The position numbers and the translations under genes are program-made. A model generated the notes under the pieces. The model was not told the origin of the DNA, did no database searches, and saw nothing but the letters and a program-made list of their open reading frames with translations. A stretch of 64,000 nt of DNA from Veleropilina oligotropha (Eukaryota): positions 1 to 64,000 of the forward strand of contig JBEUKZ010000063.1 of assembly GCA_048128005.1 (NCBI GenBank). The letters are read 5' to 3'. Shown piece by piece: positions 41,901 to 52,157 of the stretch; within the stretch, counting starts at the first letter, position 1; each line of letters opens with the position of its first letter.

Positions 41901-44900
41901 TTCGATACGGTCCGGTACACCGCGAAACCGGCCCAGAAACGTATGCGGAACCTACGCGCGGTTATCCAAGACACCCTGTCATCGGACATAACTACAGCGC
42001 GACAACTGGCCACTGTCCTGGGGCACTTCGAGTCGGCAGCGACCCTGCTACCGACGGGTCACATGGACAATCGACCGTTACACCAGGCGTTCAGGGATCG
42101 CTGGATACAACGGACGGGGCAGTGGACGGATCGCATCGATCTTCGGCATTGGTTTACCAGCACAACAGCAGTGTGGTTGAACCCTGCTTTGCCGGACCAG
42201 TCGGTTCCTATATCCCCGCCAGAGCCGAACGCTTACCTGTTCACAGACGCTTCGAACGACGGCTGGGGTGGTCACCTCGACAGTTACGAGACATCAGGCC
42301 TATGGCCGACGGACCTTCAGGGACGACATATCAACTTCCTAGAGTTAGAAGCCGTCTACCTGTCAGTACGGTCCCTCTCGTCACATCTCCGCTACAAGCA
42401 CATAATGCTCGCCACGGACAACACGACTGTCGTCGCTTACATCCAGCACCAGGGCGGCACTCGCTCGCGTCCCCTTTGCGACCGAGCAATAGACCTACAC
42501 CGCTTAGTGATGTCCCTCAACTCGACGATTCGAGCCCGACACATCCCGGGAAAGCTGAATGTCAGAGCGGATTCGCTCTCTCGGAAATCACAGATAATAC
42601 ACACAGAGTGGACGCTACACAGCCGAGTAGCTCGGGACGTTTGCCGCCGGTGGTCGCAACCCCAAGTCGATCTGTTTGCAACAGAGTTCAATTACCGACT
42701 ACCTCTGTATGTCTCCCCGTACCCGGACCCGGCCGCCCTAGCGGTCGACGCACTGTCAATGACATGGGAGAATCTGTCCGCGTATGCCTTCCCCCCGTCG
42801 TGCATTCTAACACTGGTATTACAGAAGGCATCGAACGAACGTTGCAGATAACGCTAATCGCGCCCCTATATCGCACGCAACCTTGGTTTCCGACCCTCCT
42901 CGATCTCATCGTCGACCGACCGTTATCGCTCCTGCAGAGACCGGGCCGGTTATTGCAGGCGCGCAGCCGTGTATTTCAACATCGCCGAACGACTTACGTT
43001 TACACGCCTGGCGGTTATCGAACGATCCCTTGCTACGAAAGGAATTTCTCGCGCAACAGCCCTACGCATCTCCCGATCGAGAAGGCTTTCCACGACTAAA
43101 GTTTATGACTACCGATGGGTTAAGTACGTGGATTGGTGTCACAGCCGGCCGTCAACATTCTCCGCCCCCCTGTGAACAAGTTTATTGAGTTTTTATCATC
43201 GCTCTTTGAACGCGGTATGTCAGTGTCCGCCGTCAAAGCTATCGGGCAACGGTCGCGAGTGCCGTGCCCGTGGTAGCCTACCTAGCGACCGAATGATTTG
43301 GATTTCTGCGATCCTTCGAACTCAAAATTTCGACCCGTACGATACGGCCAGCCTGAAACATCGCTCTCATTTCTTAACGCTCTCTTTCTACCCGTACTAA
43401 CCTATGGGCCCGACCTCTATGAGGAACTTAACGCACAAAACGGATTTTTCTGATCGCCTTAGTGTCGGGCAGGCGTTGTTCCATATTTCATAGTCTGTCC
43501 GCAGAGCTACGAGACGTTCGTTTCCAGTCGACGGGTCGGTGATGCGGCGTCATATCTTGGGTTCCCTCGCCAAGAATCAACGGCCGACCGAAGACGCACC
43601 CGTTATCGTTATCCCCAAGCTTTACGCTGGTCAGAGACCCGATGTGGACCGATCAACCTGTCATATGCGTGCCTACGTTACTACCTCGACAGGATCCGTG
43701 ATACGCGGCAGAGAAAACTACGTATATTTTATTCGTATTTACCTTCTTGTATCCGCGACATTTCATAGACGACTGTTTCGCGGAGGTTTTCACAGGTAGT
43801 GAGAGACTTCTCTCGCTGTGAAAAGTAGGCCGCACGCACTATTGTATCGTTCCGCGCGCACGAGGTCCGTGTTTTCGCAGATTCACTTCTCAGCGTTGCA
43901 TCTCAAAAATGTCTTTATTAAGCCTTTTCTGGGGATTATTCCATGCGGCTGATGGATTGTGCAGTCTACATAGTAACTGCTCAACGATGTATTGTTAGAC
44001 CGAGGTCGTCTAATCAGTGAGTATTGTATCTTGATTGATCAATTTACATAATTTTTGCTGACGCAATTTTATTTGTTGGCCTAGCTGTTCTATGAAATAG
44101 ACACATATGAGGCTACTCAATGTCTGTTCATTTCTTAAAAACATTTTAAGATTTTGTACTTCATGTCATACCTGAGTATCTTGACAAGCCAGTTTACATT
44201 GAATTTAATAAAACAACTATATTGCGAAAATCTTAAAGGATTTGAGGTTCAATATTATTGATGTTCCATGCTGTAATCGAACATACGATGTTCAATACAT
44301 TGAAAATTTTTTAATATTTGCTTCCTTAAAATTTATTTTAAGTAACATGTCGTTCATATTTGCTTCCTTAAAAATTTATTTTAAGTGACATGTCGTACAT
44401 GTTAGCGTTTCGCAAGTTGGTCATGCGAATCAATTATTAATATCGATTATTTATTTAATCTATTAATTCTTTGCTTTTGATTTCACGCTTTCACAACCTA
44501 TTAGGTTCCGTGTGCTTACAAATCCGACTGCATCCTCTGGCTACCGGCCTTTGGCCAGGAGTACCATTTGGCTGCCACTGGCCCATGACACGTAAGACCT
44601 ACAGGGATTCATCCTTCCGGCCGTGCCTGGGGCTAATTGCACTTCCGTTCACCTCGTCCGACTAACACCACGGCGTATTCTCCCGGTAACACTGGTCGAA
44701 ATTCTCGCTTGGTAAGAGTTGAATATAATTCTCAGTAAATTCCACTCTGGGCGGACACAATCGACGCTTCGAGCTGATTGAAATGGTGAAAAGTAAGTCA
44801 TTATCTTGTTTGGGTTGTTGTAAGGAACTTCTTACCCACCTATCCAAGGTTATTCTGGCAAGAGTAAGGACGTAAGTAAGTTTGCAACTACATATGAGGT

Positions 44901-47702
44901 TTTTAAGTAAACCTAATATTAGTTAAAACATACTTACGTCCTTACCACGATTACCCACCCTGCGTTTCGCATTCCTCCCCTCTACTAAGTTCCTTTGGGG
45001 TTCTGAACTTTGAATTGAGGTCTTGTGATCTCGAGCTCGGATATCTCGCAAGACTTGGCGAGATCTCGCCGGGGGAACTTAGAGAGTGGGAGCAGGGGAG
45101 GTAATCGTGGTACGTTTTGACTTAATAAGTGCTTAATGTGACATTATTCACTGTTTCCGGTTAGCGATGATATGACTATTATGGCAAGAGTAAGGACGTA
45201 AGTATGTTTTAACTAATATTAGGTTTACTTAAAAACCTCATTTTTGTTCACTGGTCTTTTTGTGGTATCATGCTAAAGGCAAATGCAAGTCTTCAGGTTG
45301 CATGGACATAGCATTGTTATGATAAAGTGTCATAGATTCATCATTGCCTCTCTTTTAGCTCAAGACAATGAAATTTTATACCGTCTTACTGTCAAACTAA
45401 TGTAACTGAACATTTGATGATCACTAGATCTGAACTAAATATTGTCCCAATGAAGTGATTCTAATGTTTATATTATCTAATTTCTGTTCACAGGAAATGA
45501 GAAATTACACACCTATTGTCATTGGGGTAAGTTTGTGCACCAGATAATGTGTCATACAGAGTTAGGTGTCCTATTAAAAGATTCCATAAGATTTTTACCT
45601 GAAATACATTGCTTGCTAGTTGGTTATATGCAATTATGGAACGCAACAAGCCTGCAGTAACATGATAAAATGAGTTATATGTTACTACTTGTTGTTACTG
45701 TGCAACTGTGGAGATGTTGTATCTGACTAGTCATTAATTTAATCAATCCAATATTGATTTCTGGTTTATAATTTTGAACACTGGAAATGGAATGTTCGTT
45801 TGATCACCGAGTGTGTATTTCAATGTCAAGTTTCTTTCAAACATCTGGTAAAAGTAACATCAAGGTAGTAATTAAGATTTTTTATATTTAATGCTACAAT
45901 GTATAAAACCATTGTCTATGATACTGAAGTGAAGTACATCTGACATACCAAAGATTAAAAGTGTTTAATAATAGAGTTTCTCATGTAGCCCGAGTTATTT
46001 TTAGCCAGTAGTTGGTGATGCCACTTAGCACAAGGGTGTCCACGGTGCGTTACAGAGAGCGAGAGAGAGATTTGGAGTTTTAAGTATTAGATTCCAGTGT
46101 TTATTGTGCATATTCTACTTATATTAATTGGAATCATCATATTCTGTCTTTTTCAGTTAATAGTGGCTGAAGTTACATATCCATTTAGTCTGGTGGGAAA
46201 CATCATGGCTGTTAACAATGCGGGGTACGTGTGCTGATTGCTCTGTAGTCTCTCATCATAGAGGGTGTTACAGTTTAGCAGGATGTATCATTTCTCATTG
46301 CCTTCGAGTTTTGATATGAAACAAGGACAGAAATGTGCAGCATTCGTCTCATAAGTTGTCTCCCTTACATTGCGAGAAGTAGTGATAGCTAAAACATAGT
46401 GTACATTGTTAACCACTATTTGCTTATAGATAGAATCATTATGTTCTGCTTCCACCACTTCTCTGCTATTGTCAGTGTAATAATTGTTTCGTTTACAGGC
46501 TGGTGGGCACTTCCTTACCGGATATGTCAGATTACGGAAGCTGGACAGACTGCTGGTCAAGGATGAGTGCGTTGGTACGTAAAAGCTGGCAGTTAAATTA
46601 GAACATACTGTAAGGTTACATTATAATCCCATCTGTTTTGAAAAAACGATGGGATTATGTCATCACGTAGTCCGTCCGTCCGTCTGTTCATATAGACGAC
46701 ATGAACAGGATATCAGGGAAACCGTGCCTTTTTCGACATAAAAACTTTGTTCCTCACGATGTGAACAGGATATCAGGAAAAGCATAATAGGTAGGGGGTT
46801 CAAATTTTGTATGCAGGTTTAGTGGGACATAAACGAGGTTCCTATTGAATTTGATATTATTCCGACAAAAATTTGCAGTTATCCTCATTTTTCGACGCAA
46901 AAAATTTGTTTATGACAACGTAAACAGGATATCACGAAACCCGTGATGACTAGGGAGTTCAAATTTGGTATGCAGGTTTCTTGGGACATAAACTAGATGC
47001 CTATTGAATTTGATATTATTTCACCAAATATTACCCCTGTTATGACCCCTTACATAACATTTTGTTTCCATCTTCATGACCGCGCATCGGATGTCGTTCA
47101 AATCTTATGGCTGATTTCCAAATAATAGCTCAGAGATCAATTCAATTTCGACAGAACTTCGACAAATATTCCCACAGTTGTCACCCTTTTTCGACATAAA
47201 TATTTAGTTTCCATCAATTATCTTCATAACCTCGCATCAGATATTGTTTGCATCTTGTGACTGTGTTGCAATTAAACCACAGGGGTCATGTTACATTTTT
47301 CTAAAATTTCGACAAATATGTGCAATGTTGATTCACTTAAAAATGTACACTCCATCAATTACGACAAACCCGATGGGATAATGTGTGGCTCCCACACTTC
47401 TTGTTTTTATTTGTTAGAGGGTATACTGAAATCACTTCATCTGTGTGCAACATAACCTTGTCGTGGTGATCCTTGTTATCTAAACTTTTTTCAGGCCAAT
47501 CCTTCCAAATGCCTGAGCACATTTCATCGGACCTTCTCACACTAGTCTATGAAGACTGTGTGCATACAATACACTGAGGATATGCATTGTTTTTCAGGGG
47601 CAGTTGAAGCGTGGCTCGTCGATCTTCTGGAGGCAATACGGTGGACCGGTTATCTTACGAGAAGGAAAACCTTTCGCAGCGGATTTTGCTTTCAGCCAAT
47701 AA
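26869..47702 (+). CDS. MTCH2: Mitochondrial carrier homolog 2-like (MTCH1/2 family), 12 coding exons, 918 nt / 305 aa
   Basis: join(26869..26955,29059..29143,29609..29715,29934..30026,30239..30296,30664..30715,31013..31072,35747..35840,45494..45526,46157..46224,46499..46574,47598..47702). All introns are GT-AG with compatible phases. The translation matches recalled MTCH2 motifs: HPIGYAKVLIQIGHEP, DGFLGLFRGVMPR, QPFHVIMLRSMVQFVG, GILGFFAGLVPRLIGE, TYPFSLVGNIMAVNN, SWTDCW, GQLKRGSSIFWR. Confidence 0.95.
27638..28075. mobile_element. MITE with ~85-bp TIRs and a 9-bp TSD AAAATATTA (Mutator-like), in MTCH2 intron 1
   Basis: agtgtctatagaaccggatccgg / ccggatccggttctatagacact; TSD at 27629-37 and 28076-84. 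Confidence 0.85.
29059..29143 (+). CDS. MTCH2: MTCH2 exon 2 (IGHEPVPPIPQKSIFGSVKLYYPNVFKY)
   Basis: tctttcag| ... A|gtaagt, 85 nt. Confidence 0.93.
29609..29715 (+). CDS. MTCH2: MTCH2 exon 3 (KQIKSTDGFLGLFRGVMPRIVGGAVGNAVQSSVQE)
   Basis: cttttcag| ... GAG|gtaaa, 107 nt. Confidence 0.93.
29934..30026 (+). CDS. MTCH2: MTCH2 exon 4 (FFKRRNDKQQVDGGSKDNEEFVDWFKNFLVM)
   Basis: attttag| ... ATG|gtaggt, phase 0/0, fills the variable loop region. Confidence 0.85.
30239..30296 (+). CDS. MTCH2: MTCH2 exon 5 (TSQESAAKCLGIIVSQPFH)
   Basis: ccttgcag| ... CATG|gtcagt, 58 nt. Confidence 0.92.
30664..30715 (+). CDS. MTCH2: MTCH2 exon 6 (IMLRSMVQFVGGEDKY)
   Basis: ttatag| ... AG|gtgagt, 52 nt. Confidence 0.93.
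31013..31072 (+). CDS. MTCH2: MTCH2 exon 7 (GIISPFREIYQIDGILGFF)
   Basis: ttctttgcag| ... GC|gtaagt, 60 nt. Confidence 0.93.
31324..33625 (+). mobile_element. 5'-truncated CR1-like LINE with an inverted 5' segment, in MTCH2 intron 7
   Basis: RT motifs NYRPVSLL, QHGF, DFSKAFD (split by a 1-nt deletion), GVPQGSILGP, FADD and KDLGV, with an (AATAA)-type tail. Segment 31324-~31600 is inverted. Near-identical 20-bp flanks at 31309-31328 and 33636-33655. Confidence 0.9.
34687..34857. repeat. Long palindrome (hairpin MITE) in MTCH2 intron 7
   Basis: atgttatcagtattgtgtggattctgtcacctcggaaacctc / gaggtttccgaggtgacagaatccacacaatactgataacat. Confidence 0.9.
35747..35840 (+). CDS. MTCH2: MTCH2 exon 8 (GLVPRLIGEVIGLWITNLVAHLFNKYVTEDK)
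   Basis: tttttcag| ... AAG|gtgag, 94 nt. Confidence 0.93.
36190..36420. repeat. 30-bp minisatellite, ~7 copies, in MTCH2 intron 8
   Basis: Unit gggattggtca(t/g)tgataatgaggctgttca. Confidence 0.9.
39115..41114 (+). pseudogene. DIRS copy A gag-like ORF1 (frameshifted)
   Basis: Fragments 39208-39807, 40204-40392 and 40831- are collinear with copy B gag (ATTLFGDNFTEFVDKRAAD). The gag frame ends GRGKPRP* at 41112-41114. Confidence 0.75.
41115..43100 (+). pseudogene. DIRS copy A pol (RT-RNaseH-MTase-like), frameshifted
   Basis: ORF 41232-42851 contains FRCLPFGLSSAPYVFT, YLDDWLI, FTDASNDGWG, HIPGKLNVRADSLSR and YAFPP. Confidence 0.9.
43010..43890 (+). pseudogene. DIRS copy A tyrosine recombinase, degenerate and C-terminally truncated
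   Basis: STTKVYDYRW, LIALVSGRR, LAKNQ and AHEVR (H-x-x-R) motifs occur in shifting frames. The terminal W..Y segment was not found. Confidence 0.75.
45494..45526 (+). CDS. MTCH2: MTCH2 exon 9 (EMRNYTPIVIG)
   Basis: ttcacag| ... GGG|gtaagt, similar to the EMKSYSQAVTG segment of vertebrate MTCH2. Confidence 0.88.
46157..46224 (+). CDS. MTCH2: MTCH2 exon 10 (LIVAEVTYPFSLVGNIMAVNNA)
   Basis: tttttcag| ... GG|gtacgt, 68 nt. Confidence 0.93.
46499..46574 (+). CDS. MTCH2: MTCH2 exon 11 (LVGTSLPDMSDYGSWTDCWSRMSAL)
   Basis: tttacag| ... TTG|gtacgt, 76 nt. Confidence 0.92.
46622..47405 (+). mobile_element. HINE-like element in MTCH2 intron 11
   Basis: Sub-TIR atcccatc / gatgggat, (gtcc)n microsatellite, ~150-bp core repeats and a 3' hairpin gtgtggctcccacac. 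Confidence 0.8.
47598..47702 (+). CDS. MTCH2: MTCH2 last coding exon (GQLKRGSSIFWRQYGGPVILREGKPFAADFAFSQ*)
   Basis: tttttcag| ... TAA stop; a candidate AATAAA lies at ~48858. Confidence 0.92.
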   Translation, partial: GQLKRGSSIFWRQYGGPVILREGKPFAADFAFSQ

Positions 47703-49387
47703 CCATGTCAACTTGTGATCAGACTTTATATTGATTTACATGCACAAATACATTTAGATACCATCATGCAGCTGCTATTAGTTAGATAATATATTTCAAT
47801 GTATATAGTGGTCTTAATTTTCTTTATTTTGTTGCGCACAGTAAATGGACGTCACTGTATATATTCTGTTGGAATTTGTGTAATCATGGTAATCATTTCT
47901 AACAATCTTCCATAAGTGACATGGTGCTGCTGTGGTGCTTATTCCAAGTCCTGTTTTATAATGCTGCATGTGTTAAGGTCTCCAAGGATATCGGGTATGA
48001 CGGCTTGCAGAATGACTGAACTGATACGACATGCAGAATTACTCAAGTGGCATGACACAGAACACTGATATCAAATCACTCTTCATGACATGTGTATTTG
48101 TTTATTCAATCACTAATGATGCTTTCTTGTAGAGGACCTGCTTGTTTGTTTTGTGGATTGTCTTGAAAGTCATTCCGAATCCTGTGTATGTTTTATGCAC
48201 AATATGCAATTGAAGACACTGTCATTGATCAAATAGTAGAGCAGCGAAATAGCGTTAAGTGGGATGGTAGGGCACCAGTTCAAATCTTGTTGCCGGGGTG
48301 GTTTAATGTAATATTTAAAACTAATAGAAGAAATATTTTAAAAAAAACAATTACCCGTCTTTCGAATGACGACGTTAAACTATTAAAGGCTTTGTTTACA
48401 ATATGAGTGGAATTTTTCAATAGGCATGTTGATTTTTCGATTTTTGTTAATGTAAATATATATTTATATATATATACATCAATTGGGTAACCCAGTAACA
48501 CTTGGTTGTGCTTGGTGTAAGTGACAGGTAATCGTATATGTGCTTGTGGTCCAAGCGAGACCTGGATGTGCTGGAAGTAGTGATGGAAGTGTGGTTTTAA
48601 TATGTGATTCTCAAGAAGATCTGCAGAAAGACAACTGCATTTCCATGTTGGAGATCAATTTATTTAAAAATGTACATGTAGAGTAAAAAATCAGTATTGC
48701 AGCTAAAAGTTCCCATTCATATTTTATTTATTATTTAAAATATATATATGCCATGTAACATTGTTAGATGATGTTTATTTATGGTTTATTTTCAGTTAAA
48801 TGTTGCTTTAATATGGAAATTCACAAAACAACTACTGTTTAAATTGCATGTGTGCATAATAAATATGCTGGTAATTTAGAGCAAAGAAAGTTATTAATTC
48901 ATCACATAATTATGTATACATGATCGATTATCTCCCATCTTATCATAGAATATCCAATTTGCCATCATATCAAGCCATTTACTGATGTTAATTTATATTT
49001 GAAATTAAATATGAAATATATAAACTTTGAGTTTCTCTATTATAATTTCAGTTGAATGTGGCCTGTGAGGGGAGATGTTGAATGTGGCCTGTGAGGGAAG
49101 ATGTTCAAGACATTCTAGTCTTTGGCTCAGTATATTTTTTCCATATTTACAGTGGAAATAATGATGTGGTTATGTAATAGATATAAGCCAAAAGATGATC
49201 CATTCGTAAAAATATATAGCGCAGAGGCCGGACCAATATTTTTAACAATGAATCGTCTGAGGCTTATATCTTACTTAAATTACTGCTTCCCATTTGAATA
49301 ATAATTTGTGTTTTGATTTGAATAATATTGATACGATCAAATAACACGACTTCAGTATTAATATTAACAGCTATAATAAAATATTTT

Positions 49388-51006
49388 TAGTCCCCCGCCG
49401 CAAGCGAAGCGAGTGACTAGAGTATTCGACGGCGTCCGTCCGTACGACCTTGTTAGCGCAATATCTCGGACTGAATGAACAGATTTCATTGATATTTGGT
49501 GGATAGATACCTATGGGGATACCGCCGACACCAGTTGCTTATGGTGACCTTGACCTCATTCGACATCATCGATGCCTTGCACGCAGATCGGGATAGTCCG
49601 TACTCCAAAACATGGAGAAATAAAAGGGAACAAGATTGGATTTTCCAACTCCACACACTCAAACTCGTCGGCCTCAACTGCCTTGACCTCACCAGTGACT
49701 AGTATCTCCTCCGATTTCATTTATATTTGGTGGATAGAACCTTTGGGGATACCACCAACACCAGTCGATTATGGTGACCTTGACCCCGTTTTCAAGGTCA
49801 CAGAGTGCACTTGACTATTTTGCTCATTCAATTGTTGTTAGTGCGATATCTCATGACGAATGAACCGATATCATTTATATTTGGTGTGGGGATACCGCCG
49901 ACACCAGTCGATTATGGTGACCTTGACCATGTTTTCAAGGTCACAGGATACAAGTGTACTCTTTCGCTCGTTCAGTTAACATGATATTTCAAGGCAGAAT
50001 GAACAGATTTCATTTATATTAGGTGGATAGATACCTTTGGGGATACCACTGACACCAGGGTGTACTCTTTCGCTCATTCAATTGTCGATTATGTTGACCT
50101 TGAATTCTTTTTCAAGGTCACAGGGTGTATTTGACTATTTTGCTCATTCAATTTTTAGCGCGATATCTCGAAACTAAATGAACCATGTATTTTAGGTGGA
50201 TAGATGCATGGGGGGATACCACCGACCTCATTCGATTATGGTGACCAGGCGCGAATCTAGGAATTTCGCTTAGGGGAGGCACTGAATTTACTATCAACTG
50301 TTCGCGAAAGAAACTTTTGAGAATCAACAGCCTGAAACCCCCTCTCCTGCACTCTGACATGGCAAAAGCGATATTTCATTCTAACTTTTTATGAACCACC
50401 GTCACTCAAATAGCAGGAGTCAAATTTTAATTTTATTTTGTCATAATCGAATTGTCCGCGTGGGGTCGGCGCCCCATGCGCAAGAAAATTTTGACAATTA
50501 ACAATGTGAAATCCACCCTCCTGCATTATTACATTGCAACAGCCTATTTATAATGTTCTGAAAGTCATTTGTATCAGATTATACATATTATTTTAGTATG
50601 CTTGGCCAACTTTAGGGGTGCGCCCCCCCCCCCCCCCCCCCTGGATCCGGGCCTGGTGACTTTGACCTCATATTCAAGGTTGCATAATTTTTATCGCGAT
50701 ATCTCAAAACGGAATGAACCTATTTAATTTATATTTGGTGGATAGATGCATTGAGGGATACCGCCGACCCCAGTCTATTATGGTGCCCTTTACCTCCTTT
50801 TAAAGGTCACACGATGCAGTTTATTCCTTCGCTCATTCTGGTGTTAGCACGATATCTTAAGACATAATGAACCTATTTCATTGACCCCATTTCACCACAT
50901 TTTTCCTGTCACAGGAGGTTCTTTACCGATATATTCATTTTGGCATCATAGATGCGCTCAATAACATAAGCGGGGGACTATTGCCACTTTAGTGGCGAAC
51001 ACTTGT
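49388..51006 (+). mobile_element. HINE-like element (TAGTCCCCCGC family)
   Basis: Sub-TIR tagtcccccgc / gcgggggacta, (gtcc) seed, core repeats with ggtgaccttgacc and a 3' hairpin gccactttagtggc. Confidence 0.8.
50246..50655. mobile_element. MITE, same family as 26131-26578, 5-bp TSD GTGAC
   Basis: TSD at 50241-45 and 50656-60; CAGG..CCTG ends. Confidence 0.85.
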
Positions 51007-51462
51007 TTTGCTCATTTTCATACTGATGTCAGCTTGTTTGAACTGCGTCTTTGCATTGTCCGCGACGAGCTAATTGTTTCATTGTTAAAGTGCTTGGCTA
51101 TTGTACTAATATTAGACTGCACTCCTTTTGTGGGGAAATCTGGCTCATTTAGACAGACCTCACATGTGAAATTCATTTTATCTACATAGTTCAGTGGGCA
51201 TTTGAAAGGCAGACAGCAACATGTACACATCGACAGAAATTTATCGCAAACAATTCGGATATTTATACTAATCTACCAATGTTGTCTATTGAAGTTGGAT
51301 TATAACATTGTGGATGTATTTCATGGAAATTGAAGTATCATATTCTTTGTTTACCTGGATTATAAAAGATATCATTCATCGGCATATGATGGAGCAAAAT
51401 TGCTGTTTGCCTCTTAATTGCGTCATTGTTGTCCATTGTCAACATACTGGATAGCGTCATTG

Positions 51463-52157
51463 TTATCCCATCGGTTTTGAAAAAATGATTGGATTATGTC
51501 GTCACGTAGTCCATCCATCCGTATTGACGACGTGAACAGGATATCAGGAAAACCGTACCAGCGAGGGTATTCAAATTTGGTATGCATGTTTATTGGGACA
51601 TAAACTAGGTTGCTATTGCATTTCAGATTATTCCGCCAAATATTTCCACAGTTATCCCCCTTTTTCGTCAAAATTTCCATTTCGGATGACGTGAACAGGA
51701 TATCAGGAAAACCGTAACAACTAGGGAATTCAAATTTGGTATGCAGGTTTATTAGGACATAAACTAAGTTGCTATTGAATTTCAGATTATTCCGCCAAAT
51801 ATTTGCACAGTTATCCCCCTTTTTCGTCATAAAATTTCCATTTCGGATGACGTGAACAGGATATCAGGAAAAGCGTAACAACTAGGGAATTCAAATTTGG
51901 TATGCAGGTTTATTAGGCGCAGTTATCCCCCTTTTTCGACAAACGATCTTTTCCGACATAAATATTTGGTTTCCGTCAATTATCTTCATAACCTCGCATT
52001 AGGTATTGCTCGCATCTTGTGACTATAAAACACAGGGGTCATGTTAAATTTTCGCCAAGTATGTGCACAGTTATTCCTCTTTATCAACTTAAACATGTAC
52101 ACTCCATCAATTACGACAAACCCGATGGGATAATGTGTGGCTCCCACACTTCATGTT
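51463..52157 (+). mobile_element. HINE-like element abutting DIRS copy B
   Basis: Same architecture as 46622-47405. Confidence 0.8.

Larger units (their letters stand above)
37887..45241 (+). mobile_element. DIRS-type tyrosine-recombinase retrotransposon, copy A (full-length ends, ORFs frameshifted), in MTCH2 intron 8
   Basis: 199-bp ITRs at 37905-38103 and 45006-45204 (2 mismatches seen). ICR at 44856-44945 is complementary to both termini. CAT lies at both ends. Contains gag-like, RT (YLDDWLI), RNaseH (FTDAS, NFLELEAV, TDNTT), MTase-like (DLFA, YAFPP) and partial YR sequence. Confidence 0.95.
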
